This document shows, one piece after another, positions 39,079-51,683 of a stretch of 64,000 bases of DNA; position 1 is the stretch's first letter, and the number at the start of each line of letters is the position of its first letter. Under the pieces are notes generated by a model. The model had not been told where the DNA came from and ran no database searches. It saw only the letters and a list, made by a program, of their open reading frames with translations. Source of the stretch: Octopus sinensis (Eukaryota); assembly GCF_006345805.1 (NCBI RefSeq), contig NC_043001.1, forward strand, positions 45,942,001-46,006,000, written 5' to 3'. Made by a program: the position numbers and the translations under genes.

Positions 39079-40139
39079 ATTTCCAATTATAAAATTTGAA
39101 AGTGCTAAGGTTAAACATGCACACGATCGAGCGACATCGTGCAACAGATATCCAATAAGCATATAAAAATCAGATATTCGCGTGCATGCGCACAAACACA
39201 TCCTAAAGAATCACAACTTTGAAAGCAAGTTCCCTAAGGGTCACGCTAAAATTACTCAGCTATGAGACATAACACCATGGATATGTCTTTTCTTTCACAG
39301 TTAAATTCATTGAAAACATCTTTAAAAATCATATGTAAAAAGTTCCGTAATACTGATGAAAAGAAAAGGAAAAGGTAAGAACATCGATACAAACTTAAAA
39401 CAACAATGTTAACTAAATTATCAAATGAATTTAGAATGAGTAACATGTGTGTATTCCTAGTATTCACAGGTATTATAAGGGAGATAATCATTTCTTCATC
39501 ATCCGTATGCTTTGCATATAGTGCCAATATATATATATAAAACGAATAGCTTCCAAGACACTTAACCAAGATTCAAAACCTAGCTTAGATTATAACTACC
39601 AGTGCCTTCCTATAGTTGTCGGTTTTTGCACTTAGAAATTTATGAGCGTTAACTGCCATACTTAGTTAAGTTCTATTGTTTAAGTTAGCATTCTTGAATT
39701 AAATAGGGTTCAGGCAGATAAAAGACGGAAAATCCCCTGTCTAGCCTGACTTAATTTAGCTAGAAAAGAATATAAATACGGAACCCAAAATAAGTTCTAC
39801 CTCTTTCACTTAGCCCCTTGCTTGAAGAGTATATCCCTATTTTTCAAGTTTGGTTTATCTTCAAGGGACTACACAACTTTTACCCCCACTACTTGTTTAA
39901 ATTCTTTTACTCTTTCCCTCCCGCCTCTTCCATCCGTCAATAAAAGATAAACTTAACTACCTACAATATGGATAATGGAACGGCAAATAATTAGTGCATA
40001 ACAACAACTCAAAGAAGTCGTCTTCTACACTGTAGTGATGAAAATAAAGGGCCATTTCAATTAATAATATTTTCTTTCTTCAATTTATTTGCTATACATA
40101 AATCGTTATATATATATGTTCGTAATATTTGGCGGGATT

Positions 40140-40350
40140 AAGGCGGTGTAGTGGCAGAATTGTCAGCACGCCGGGCGAAATGCCTAGCGGCATTTCCTCC
40201 ATCTTCACATTCTGAGTTCAAATTCCACGGAGGTTGACTTTGCCTTTCGGTTTGTGGGGATCGATAAAATGATTATCAGTTGAATACTGAGGGCAATGTA
40301 ATCGACTTACCTTCTTCTTCGAAATTGTTGTGCGAAAATTTGAAATCAAT
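40140..40350 (+). mobile_element. CORE-like SINE monomer
   Basis: aaggcggtgtagtggcagaattgtcagcacgccgggcgaaatgcctagcgg...ttctgagttcaaattccacggaggttgactttgcctttc...gtaatcgactt. Confidence 0.75.
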
Positions 40351-41529
40351 ATTTGGTGGGATTAGAAATTTGAAATTAAGTAATTATAAGAAATAAGGTG
40401 GAGAGAATTTACATACTTAATATGAATGAATAAGAATATCATTAAAAACATGCACTCTCACCTAAAAATATCTATGAATAGGCAGAAAAATAACAGTCAG
40501 TTAACAAAAGGAAAATGTAAACAAATGAACAAGAACAAATATGAAACCAGGCTCGCATCAATGAATATGAATATTACTGCCAAGGCTGAAATGTAACAGT
40601 TCTCACGTAAAGATCGTGGTGACATGAAACTTGAGTTGCTGGATAAAAATTTACTTTAATTTAAATTACACACTCACACACACATACACACACAGACACC
40701 ATAGGCAAACCATACAAATCTGCACATGTATGCATACATGTACACAAACAGGATGTAATTGCAATGAGGGAGCTTTCGATCTTGGTCAGAAGTCAGCTCT
40801 TTCTCCATCGGCAAGGAATCTAGAAATAAAACTAAATAGTAATAGACATACAAACATTTCATACATATATGCTACACACACACATACACACAAACAATAA
40901 ACATATGCATACTGATTCAGTTGTATTATTTAATCGCTGTTTTTGTTTCGTGTTTTCCGCTATCAAAAAAAAAAAAACGACTACCACTACAACGGTAACC
41001 ATTATTAGGGAGAACTTTTTAAAGATACAAAATTGTGAGGGAGGGACACACATTGTTTATGAGCTTGAGACTCACTTACGTGAAAGACGGCTTCGCTTTC
41101 ATTTCATTCTTATTTAATGCAGTCTTTCTTCTTGTAAGCCCTAAGAGTTTTATTTTTTTATTGTTTTTAAAAAGTTTTACGGGAGAGTGTTATGGGGTTT
41201 GCGTGTAGAGCTCAAAGGAAGTATGTGATAGATATAAAAATAGATAGTGGAGTAATAGGGCGGGGAGAAAATGAACCAGAAGGGTACGCACGTTACCTTC
41301 ACTTATCGTATATGGGCATTCATCAAATAGGAGGGCTATCTCTCTCTCTCTCCCCTCTCTTTCTCTGTCTATCTCTCTCTGTCTATCTCTTTCTCTCCCT
41401 CTCTCTCTCTCTCTGTCTATCTATCCATCTGCTTATCTATCTATCTATCTGTCTATCTATTTGCCAGCCTGTCTGTCTGAATACGTGCACATGAACACGT
41501 ATGCTTATATTTTCCAGACTGCCTTCGTG

Positions 41530-41710
41530 TATGTATGTACTTATGTATGTATGTTTGTATGTATGTATGTATGTATGTAGTATGTATGTATGTATGTATG
41601 TATGTATGTATGTATGTATGTATGTATGTACGTATACATGTATGCTTGTATGTATGTATGTATGTATGTATGTATGTATGTATGTATGTATATGTGTGTA
41701 TGTATGTATG

Positions 41711-41742
<32 letters not shown>

Positions 41743-41896
41743 TGTATGCATGCATGCATGCATGTATGTATGTATGTATGTATGTATGTATGTATGTATG
41801 TATGTATGTATGTATGTATGCATGTATGTATGTATGCATGCATGCATACATGCATGCATGTATGTATGTATGTATGTATGTATGTATGTATGTATG
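41530..41896 (+). repeat. (TATG)n microsatellite
   Basis: Directly visible; abuts the 3' end of a LINE. Confidence 0.95.
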
Positions 41897-42066
41897 TCAT
41901 TATTCAGTTTATTTCAAGATTTCTTGCCAATAAGGAACCGGTTTCTAACTTAGATCCAAGGCTCCTTCATAAGAATTTCAACATCAACAACAGGGTATTT
42001 TTGTATGTATGAAATGTATGTATGTATGTATGTATGTATGTATGTATGTATGTATGTATGTATGTA

Positions 42067-42125
<59 letters not shown>

Positions 42126-43460
42126 AGATTCGTATGTTTTATGTATGAATTCTCATGCATATAATTGCATATCTAGACATGTTACTATATAAATATTTAA
42201 ATGATAAGCTTCAGGAAAGTTTTACAGATTTTTACAGTTCCAGTGATGGACTGGATATGTAGTCTTCGAATTAGCTTTCTCATTTCTGATTTTGAAAAGC
42301 CTAATTTCTCATGATTGGTATTTAGGCAGTGTGTTACATATCCCAGGACTCCAATAATTACAGGTACAAATCTTAACTTGTAATCTGGATAGAGTAAATG
42401 CAGATATTTCAGTAGTTCAGCATAAGTATTCTATTTTTCACTGATCTTCAGCTTTATATTAACATCCGCTGGCCAGCTAATTTCCACAGCTGTACAGAGT
42501 TTCTCTTCTCCATCCCAAATCATTATGTGGTCTGTTGTGCTTACATGTTATTGAGGTCTTCATTGGGACATTCCACCAGTACTCCTTATTATTATGAGTG
42601 GTTATGGCTTCTACTATACTGTGAGTTCTTATTTCTTTGTCCTCGGGGTTATCCTTCCGACGTATTTCATTATAGAGTGCCCTAGTTACAAGATCATGTC
42701 TCATCGGTAGATTATGATGTGGGTGATATCTTCAGTATTAAATCCACAAAGTCTGTATCGGTTATCACATGTTACTGCTTTTCCTGTATCTCTATCCCTT
42801 CTGTGAATCAGGCATCTGACTGATATTTCCTGTTCCTGGATTGCAAACGCATACCCTTTAAGGTGGGAGGTAGTAACCCAGCTATTGGTCCTTGATAGAC
42901 TGCTATGATAATCAATGTTACTATCATTGCGGAGCTTTCTAGTAACATATCTATGCATAGTCTTCTGCTCATATAGGCTCATTCTTTCATCTGATGATAC
43001 GTTGAGGTAGAGTCGTGCGACTTCTTTGAGCATGTATTCTAGATTATCAGACAAAGAATATTGTTCAAGTAGCTGCCTTCCAAGTCTTACTTTGTTATCA
43101 GCCTCATGTATGCGACACTTGGTGGTTTTAAAAGATGTTGCCGAAGAGATATGATACAACATTCAAATGCATTTTGAATCGATGTTAAGTCTCTTCCGTC
43201 TTATTTTCGTTTTAGGTAGAGGCGGTCTATGTCACTGTTTATGTGGAAATTATATGTGCTTGTTAGTATTTTCGGGTTTTCACATCAGTGACTCGGATCT
43301 CATCAAGCGTTCAATCAAGCAGCCCAAATGTTGGTATGAATACTGGCACTGCAAACACAATTTGGACCACTGTTTTATTGAATGCAGTGAGTTCTGAGGT
43401 CCAAATTTTCTTTATTCGGCTGTAATATTCTTTAGTGACACGTGTTTTGTTACAAGTGCC
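41897..43460 (-). mobile_element. 5'-truncated non-LTR retrotransposon with restriction-like endonuclease (RLE; R4/Dong-like), pseudogenised
   Basis: ORF relics IQEQEIS, RLCGFNTEDITHII (CCHC knuckle), RHDLVTRALY, WWNVPMKTSITCKHNRP (PD-(D/E)xK region). 3' UTR ends gaaataaactgaataatgac(atac)n. Confidence 0.75.
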
Positions 43461-44093
43461 ATTGTAATATATGCTTTCATGTATGTATGTATGTATGTAT
43501 GTATGTATGTATGTATGTATGTATGTATGTATGTATGTATGTATGTATGTGTGTGTGTATGTATGTATGTATGTATGTATGTTGTATGTATGTATGTATG
43601 TATGGATGGATGGATGGATGGATGGATGGACGGACGGTTGGACGGACGGACGGACGGATGGATGGATGGATGTTTGTTAACATTCATTTTTATTTCAAGA
43701 TTTTTTGCTATTACAAGAAGAACCGGTTTTTAACGTAGATCTTAAAGCGCCATCATTGGAATTTCTACAACATCAACAGGATATTTGTGAATATTTGCAT
43801 GTTTGCAGTATTTGGAGTCAGTGCATGCGCAGATTTGTATTTTTTTTTGTTTTATGTATGTATTTTCATGCATATAATTCCATGTCTAGACATGCACATA
43901 TATACTTAAATACTAACTTCTCAAAAGTTTTACAAATTTTTAGTTCCATTGATGGCTTGAATCTGAAAATTTCTAATTGATTTTCTGTTTTCTGCTTTTA
44001 AGAAGCCTAATTCCTCAAGATTGATGCTTAGACAGTTTGTTACATATGCTACTGACCCAATAGTTACAGGTATAAACCTAACTTGTAACCCGG

Positions 44094-44268
44094 CAGGCCC
44101 GTCACCATACTTTGGTACTTGGGGGTGTTTCAGAATATTCTGAGTGGGCACTAATTTGTATTGCAGGAAGAGTTTTGTAAACACTGTTTTCTAAATCTAA
44201 GGGTGCACACTTGAATAATGAGAATGAAGTGCTGTCCAGTGCCCCCCCCCTCCTTAGCGACGGACATG
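44094..44268. mobile_element. small hAT-like MITE inside the LINE
   Basis: Ends caggcccgtc / gacggacatg, degenerate flanking duplication aacccgg / gatccgg. Absent from the parallel LINE copy (ttgtaatctggatagag at 42378). Confidence 0.55.
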
Positions 44269-44426
44269 GATCCGGGTAGAGTAACTGTAAATTTCTCAAC
44301 GGTTCAGCGTAGGTGTTTTTCTTTTTCCCTGATCTTTAGCTTTATGTTGACACCGCCCACGGCTGATTTCCACTAGCGTACCTAGTTTATCATTTTGTCC
44401 CAAATCACGATGCCTGGTCTATTATA

Positions 44427-45178
44427 CAGGGTTGCTTACGAAAAAGTAGCTCGGGTTCCGTAGCGTGGTGCAAATACAGAAATAAATTTACACACACGAA
44501 AAAGCACCCAACCTTTCGTTTGCAAGTGTCATTATGTTATTTCAATCACTTGCAACTGCTGAACAAAGATGGCGCATTAATCTACTGCTTGCAACATTAT
44601 CCTCACCGCATCCTCACCACATTAGCTGATTGTAAGATTGCATTGAGCGAACATCTCTATCCTTTTCTGTAAGGTGACTTACTCCATAGAGGAAAGAATA
44701 AAGATTGTAGAAGCGTATGTGAGAACGGGTTCTGTTAAGCAAACACAAAGTTTTGAAAACAAATTTCCGATTAAAGGCTTACTGGCAAAGAAAACGATAG
44801 AAATGTTGGTTAATAAGTGGCACGTTACAGGGCCAGTGCATAACTCCCCGAAACGAAGACACCCTACAGTTCGAATGCTGGAAGTTGTTCAGGACATTTG
44901 CCAAAAGATCAGTCGAAGTCTAAAGAAGTCAACACGTAAATTGGCGCAGCAGTCTCACATAAACAGAAAACTGTAGAAAAGTATGAAGTTAAAACTATAT
45001 CATCTCTCATGTGAACAGCAATTAAAAGTGGATGACAGGAGCAAACGAGTAAATTACTGCACATAGCTTCTGAATTGCATTGCTAATGTTGAGCTACACC
45101 CATTCCAGTATTTGTAAATTTATTTCTATATTTACACTATGCTCCAGAACCCGGGCTACATTTTTGTGCATCACCCTG
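44427..45178 (+). mobile_element. internally deleted Tc1/mariner-superfamily element retaining the N-terminal HTH (DUF4817-like)
   Basis: TIRs of about 65 bp (cagggttgcttacgaaaaagtagctcgggttcc...gaaataaatttaca / tgtaaatttatttc...gaacccgggctacatttttgtgcatcaccctg), TA at the left end. ORF 44674-44976 YSIEERIKIVEAYVRTGSV...KKSTRKLAQQ. Confidence 0.8.
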
Positions 45179-45494
45179 CATTTATACTTTATTTAGGTTT
45201 CAACTGGGACATTCTTCCAGTACTCTTTCATATTATGAATTTCTAAAGTCGCTACCATACTGAGGGTTCTTATCTCTTTGGTCTCGGGATTACATTATGT
45301 AAGTACATATGTATATGTGTAATTATGTATGTATGTATGTAAGTATGTATGTATGTATGTATGTATGTATGTATGTATGTATGTATGTATGTATGTATGT
45401 ATGTATGTATGTATGTATGTATTGCATGTTTTCTTTCTCTTTTCAGTTTAGAAGTTTCGACCGGCCACTTACTTGGTAGCAAGATTGTGAAGGG

Positions 45495-46045
45495 AAGTAT
45501 GTTGTTTTAATCATTATCTTTCAAATCTGAAGAAGGTTTTTCAGGTTTTTATAGTCCCAGACATCGTAATCATTTATAGTGAATGAATTAAGGATTTGCC
45601 TTCTCTCCCCAAAGTGTCAAGTTCAGCCATACTTTATTCCAGACGGATTGGTATGTAACCTGTTGCTCCCATACTAATAGGTATATAACCTTGGGTACTG
45701 GATCTGAAAACTCTTTATCATTGGTCCATAGACGTTCACTTTCTCTTGTATTTTTCTTACCACATAGGCGTCCATAGGGCAACTGATTTCCACAACAGAA
45801 CATATCTTTTCCTTGTGGTCCCATTCAACAATATCTGGCCGTTTTAATTTTTAAGTTTCACCAATATTCTTTTGACCCATCGGTCACAATATAGTCAACT
45901 TCAAGGGCAGGTTTTTTTCTTTTTTGTAATCCTGTTCCAGGCTGTTCTGACCACTGCATCATGCATCTTGGGAAGATAATATCTGGAAGACATTCTCTCG
46001 CAGTTGGCAATAATGTGGTTGATGTCTTCAGTTTTCATCTTGCAA
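45495..46045 (-). mobile_element. more diverged RLE-type LINE fragment between (TATG)n arrays
   Basis: Minus-strand relic RPDIV..WDHKEKICSVVEISCP(M)D..KIQEKVNVYGP, and EN*RHQPHYCQL-like knuckle remnant near 46020. Confidence 0.55.
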
Positions 46046-46058
46046 AGCACACATTTGC

Positions 46059-46124
46059 TGTATGTATGTATGTATGTATGTATGTATGTATGTATGTATG
46101 TATGTATGAATGTATGTATGTATG

Positions 46125-46158
<34 letters not shown>

Positions 46159-46345
46159 TGTATGTATGTATGTATGTATGTATGTATGTATGTATGTATA
46201 TATGTATGAATGTATGTATGTATGTATGTATGTATGTATGTATGTATGTATGTATGTATGTATGTATGTATGTATGTATGTATGAATGTATGTATGTATG
46301 TATGTATGTATGTATGTATGTATGTATGTATGTATGTATGTATGT
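46059..46345 (+). repeat. (TATG)n microsatellite
   Basis: Directly visible. Confidence 0.95.
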
Positions 46346-47923
46346 AGCTGTCTTACACCGAGAAAAAGGAAGAACGAAAAATGATGTTAGCATACAAAAT
46401 CAAAACATCATAATGATAACCATACTAATTGCAGTGATGATGATGATGATGATGACGATGATGATGATGATGATGACGACGACGACGATGATGATATATT
46501 CAGTTGCCACAGGGGCATCGAAAGAGAATTGCTTTTTAAAAGAAGATGAAGAAAAATGCAGAAAAAAGACTATTTTACATAGATTTTATAAAATTTTATA
46601 AATTTAATTTTCATTTAAATGAATAAAAAAAAAAATTGAAATGAAAGAAAGTAAAAAGAGATAAACCAATCAGAGAGGTTCGGCGCTTTCTGAAAACTCA
46701 ACGGCCATTCACTTACGCAGTGAATGAAATTCTTCCCGTCTAGCCTGCAAACAACATCTGGAAGGAGATTTTAAGACATTCGCCTGCGTTAAACCTGCCA
46801 TTAAAATCCTCAACTGTTCATAACTATTTAAAGGGCAGAAATTTCTCTCACAACCCCCACCCCCTCCACTGGAAGCGTTACATGAAGAAAACAGCGAATA
46901 TTTTGTCAGAAAAGACTGACACGCATTGAAAGCAATTCTTATTAAAAAAATTGCCTCTTCTGCTAATCAATTTGATACCAAAAGGCTCTATGATGTCAAT
47001 GATAATGTTCAACCTTTTACCTGCAATTTTATGGCTCTCAGTAACTAGCTTCTTGATTATTGTAGTTGTTTAGCCTAAAGGATACAGTGCATCACGAAAA
47101 TGTTGAGCGACAACAGCTTCATATACAAGGCACACACTGAGCTCAAAATAATAAATTTAAACAAGATTCTTTGTGCTTAAGTATTCTTTTGAGCATCTGG
47201 AGAGATGGTTTTGCCATGAGTATATTTTATTTTCATTTTCAACACTGCTCAGTTCCGTTTAACATACTTTACCTATAATAGAACACGCAAAGTAGGTCTA
47301 TACAAATACGTTTCCTACAATGGGATGCCTATTGTGTTTGAGCGAGTAATCCTTGATTCATTTTCAAAATGAATTTGTTTGAAATATCTGAACCGTTGAC
47401 TTCTTGCCGACGCGCATCGAAATTTATCGATTTGTAACTTATTTCTACCGAATGGAGGAAGTACTATGAACTTCATTAATGTACTGTTCCATAACAAGAA
47501 AATTGCAGCAAAGCTACGTGGTTGTGATGTCAGAAGTGGCATGCTGACCACCATATAACTGCTCTTTCGTTTTATTTTGACAAGCGCATTGCGTTTTCAT
47601 TTTTCTCTTCTGTTTTATGAATTCAGTGTGCACATGTACATTGCGTGTTCAAACTTATCTTTCCGGTTCCTACTCAAAACTTTACAGATGACAACCATCT
47701 TACGAACGTACGTTCATGACAAGTACTTCGCATTCCGATGGTTGCGAAAAGAAGTGAACTGGATCTTAAACGCTATTTGTCTCGCGAACGTTTTTTATCC
47801 ATTTTTGCGTTGCTTGCTTGCTGACACCTGCAAAAAAAAAAAGAAAAGAACAAAACATGTGGGCACCGAAGAAATTTGAATTCTCTCTTCCTCTCGTCAC
47901 TCCTACAATGTTAGTCCATCCCA

Positions 47924-48012
47924 CGTTCAGATCTTGTACTAAGCACTTCGCCATATATTTTCACTCCAAACCTTTGGATGTATTGGGAAGTGCTTAGTAC
48001 AAAATTTGAGCG
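47924..48012. repeat. 89-nt hairpin with 26-nt arms
   Basis: cgttcagatcttgtactaagcacttc ... gaagtgcttagtacaaaatttgagcg. As plus-strand RNA it has two G-U pairs and one mismatch; the loop contains tccaaa/tttgga. Confidence 0.85.
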
Positions 48013-48497
48013 ATATGGCGTTGGGGTAACGTAGTTGAAGTAACAATAAGAAGAAAAGGTGTTGTCCGACGAATCTAAATAGTATGCACATTGCTAGGTC
48101 AGAGGAGGGGAAGCAGTTGTTGTACTAGTAGTAGGTATAGAGGAAATAGCGCGTAAATTAGTAGTTGAAGCGTGCTGGTGTACGAACAATCGCTTTGTAG
48201 ACCATCAAAACATGGAATGGACTAAAATAGTATGCAAGAGATAACAGTAAGGCAACAATAACCTGTAGAACTTAACCAGTATTCAAATTTATCTCATGAT
48301 TATAGAATTAGAGAAATATGCCAAATCCACATTCTGAGTAAAATTAACAAAATTAGTTTTAAGAAAATTAAATTAGCATAAATAAAAAATTAAAATATTT
48401 TAAAAGTTTTATATAAACAAAGTAAACAGATTCGAAGAAACCAGTATTGGTCTCCACCGGAAGTCAATGAGTATAAAGAGATGAAAAGTGGAATAAA

Positions 48498-48850
48498 TTA
48501 ATTTGGTGTGTCGAAGAGGAAATGGCTAACATTTCGGAATATCGCCTTTGCTAAAGAGTAACTTTGATACACTGAAGGAATAGATTGGGTGTAGTAAGAA
48601 AGATTAATATTAAGAAGGTGCACGACATTCAGGCTGAAGAGTAGGTTAAGCCAGGTGATGTTTCTTTTCCTGGGGTTCTTTTGTCTGGTAACTGTTTGCA
48701 GTGTTTTTGTTACATATTGCAGCTTCTCGTTAAACTCACTTGATTTTAGGACTTCGTTATAGAGTACTGTTGCATGGTCGAAGATTTCTTTATCAGGCGA
48801 AATTTTCAAAATTCTCTTGCTACTGTTGTTAACGATATAATTACATATGC
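48498..48850 (-). mobile_element. Penelope-like element fragment (Naiad-like linker region), internally deleted
   Basis: SSKRILKISPDKEIFDHATVLYNEVLKSSEFNEKLQY...RKRNITWLNLLFSLNV resembles the conserved 'RKRNIIWFNPPYS.NV' region of Naiad/Chlamys-type Penelope ORFs (recalled, not searched). Confidence 0.7.
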
Positions 48851-49038
48851 ATATTTTTATACAAATCCAAAGAACAGACAAACCACAAAAAATCCACTAG
48901 GTATCCGAACCACTACACAATCCCTCTCAATACGCACACGCAAACGTGCACATTCCCGCAAAACAAGACCTCCCCCACCTGCAAAACAAGAAAACAGAAT
49001 TCCTTCACATCCAAAGTAAAACCTCCCTACAGTCACAC

Positions 49039-49040
<2 letters not shown>

Positions 49041-49117
<77 letters not shown>
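49041..49117 (+). repeat. (CA)n microsatellite
   Basis: Directly visible. Confidence 0.95.
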
Positions 49118-49119
<2 letters not shown>

Positions 49120-49651
49120 CACAAACATAAATAACAACTGTTAATCATTACAAGAAGACAACACACCAAAGTCATTCAGTCATAAGAATGCCGTTCATTA
49201 AAAATTTATCTATTCACAATTAATGTGTCCTTAGTTTCCCAGCTAACCTCACTCATGAAAATCCACAAAGAAACTCACAACCCCGCCCCACATTTATATT
49301 TATGTTCCATGACCATTAGCAAAATAATAAACGCCCATCTCAGATTTAAACATTAGCATACCAAAGTCAGATGACCATACGCACGCATACGTACACAAAT
49401 ATTTCTTTTAATAGATGTCAAAAAATAAATACATATTATTACATACACACATACACACATATCTTTTCTAATATACGGAAAGTAAAATAGTTTTAAAGAA
49501 CAAATATTTTTTACTCACAATTCGATCCTCCAAATCACTCAGTCGTGAAAAAGCATCAGTCATTAGGAATGTACCTAATAGATATACTCTTAATTACTTT
49601 TTCAAATAGCCTCTTACACACACGCAAACATATGCGCGCACGCGAGCGAGC

Positions 49652-49705
<54 letters not shown>

Positions 49706-50898
49706 CGAGAGAGAAAGAGAGAGAGAGGGGGAACAACAGAAAGAGAGAAAGAAGAAAGTGTCCCATCATCAGCTCACCTATAACTGCTAAGTAACACAAC
49801 TTCCTGGTGAGAAATACAAACGAAGGGACCCCAAAAGCACCATCTAATCAAATGAAAAAACGATGAACAAGCACAAGAACTAGACCTCCCTCACACACAT
49901 ACAAACACACACACACAGACACGTACTCACGCGTGCGCGCACACACAGAGGATATAAATACACTACTACTACCGAGTTGTAACAGTTCTCGCCTGAAAAT
50001 CGAAATTGGCACGAAACTCAAATTGCGAGACAAGCGCTCAGTTCACGTTTCAGTAAAAAAAAAAAATCATATTCCCTACAACACGTATCAAGCACACTTT
50101 TCCTGTTTAGCTAATATAAACCAACGTATCCACGCACGTCCCACGCATACAGGCATAGAGGAACACCGCGCTGTTAACATGCAACATATGTAGCTACAGG
50201 TATTCCTAACGTCGATACTGTCATTGCTACTAGTAGGCTAGAAATTTGGTGGGTTGGTAGAGATGGTGCTGTTGGTTATATTATTTTGGTGTCGGTAATG
50301 GTAGAGGTATTATTGCTGTTGTTGGTGGAGGTCATACTGTTCTTATTAATTGTATTGTCGCTATTTAGTCTCAAATCAATTTTCAGTGACCTAACAGCCA
50401 AAGCTATTTCATTCAACACGCAATATACTCCAGGACAACAAAATAATCTCGTGGAATTTTTTATCTTTTACTATTTACCTTTATTTCTCTTATCTTTGAT
50501 CGTTTTACATATCCTGTTTTTGGTATTGTTGGTCATTAAGCAGTTTGGGGTTTGATAATGGTGGTAGTTTTATATATATATGCTGTCTTATGAAGTTTTC
50601 CTGTCTTGTTGAAAGCTCGAAACAGGTAGTAATAAACAGTCGACAACTAAGGAGGAATTAGACTTCCTTTGGCATTTTATCCTGTTCTTATCTCTGTGTG
50701 TTTACGTATCTGTCGCTCGTTGGTGACATACTGTACTTAATGTGTATTTTTTTGTATTTGTCCTGTACTTATCTCTCATGTGTTTGTATATTTTTCACTC
50801 GCTGGCGATGTCCTGTATTTAATGTGTATTTTTAATTATCTATAATTGAACGTGCCGCAGTCTTGGTCAAAGTAAGTTTTTACAATTTTATATATATA

Positions 50899-51294
50899 CT
50901 AGCACTATGACCCGGCAACGCCGGGTCATAGTGCTAGTGCATGCATATGCTAGTGCATGCATATACAGCTGCGTGTGTGCGCACATACACGCGAGTACTG
51001 TCCAAATCTCCGACCAATCACATACAGCTAGCTGGCATTCAATTGGCGTATCAAGTTTCGGGCATTTTGATTGGGTTTTGGATAGAAAATTCACAAAAAG
51101 GTCACTTCTATTGATTTTTTAATGGCTTTGCGGGGTGACTGGGGAAATGTAAAGATGTGCACAACCACCCTTGGACGGTTTTGAATGACCATAGAAAGTG
51201 CGAGCCCTCTAACTGAAAAATTGTGAATTTGTATAAAGGACACGCACACACACACACATATACACACAGAGACATTTTGCCGTTTATATATATA
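50899..51294 (-). mobile_element. non-autonomous Helitron (second family) with an extended 3' palindrome
   Basis: CTAG at 50899-50902 next to a cccggcaacgccggg hairpin. The minus-strand 5' end TATATATATAAACGGCAAAATGTC abuts the next Helitron. Confidence 0.7.
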
Positions 51295-51683
51295 CTAGCA
51301 GTATCGCCCGGCGTTGCTCGGGTTTGTTTCGACCCTTTAGAATTGGAATTTTTGAAAAGTAAAAATTTTGCATTATGTAGCTTGTTATTCTCTTTAAGTG
51401 AACATTTTTCTGGTTGAAATACACCGAAAAATGGTGACACAGCTGTCAAAAAATCGTAAAAAATAGGGATTTTCATAGTAAAAAAGCACCTTTTTGATGA
51501 AAATAATTTTTGGTGTTAACATGGTCCGATTTGAATTTTATCTACGGAATGAAGAGCAAACCTTCTTCTATCATACTCTCAATTTTGGTCAACTTGCGCC
51601 GCAGGGTCTCGGAGGAGATAGTGTTAGTTGAAGGCTACCAAACCTGCCGCACACAGACAACTTCAGCTTTATATAGAGAGAGA
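51295..51683 (-). mobile_element. non-autonomous Helitron
   Basis: ctagcagtatcgcccggcgttgctcgggtttgt is identical to 4740-4772. The other end ...acaacttcagctttatatagagagaga|t gives A|TC on the minus strand. Confidence 0.82.

Larger units (their letters stand above)
43676..45295 (-). mobile_element. second R4/Dong-like LINE 3' fragment interrupted by two DNA transposons
   Basis: Same 3' UTR (ttttatttcaagattt...aaccggttt), RFIPVTIGSVAYV and LRNLQLLYPD. Resumes after 45178 with gggacattcttccagtactc, matching 42566-42585. Confidence 0.7.

Noticed and set aside
47315-47879. ORFs in unique-looking sequence as possible host exons
   Set aside because: No recognisable domain or consistent splice boundaries.
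50585-50635. cttatga-agttttc...gaaagct-cgaaacaggta hammerhead-like motif
   Set aside because: Core G5 is altered and there is no convincing stem I; possibly a dead Penelope terminal repeat.
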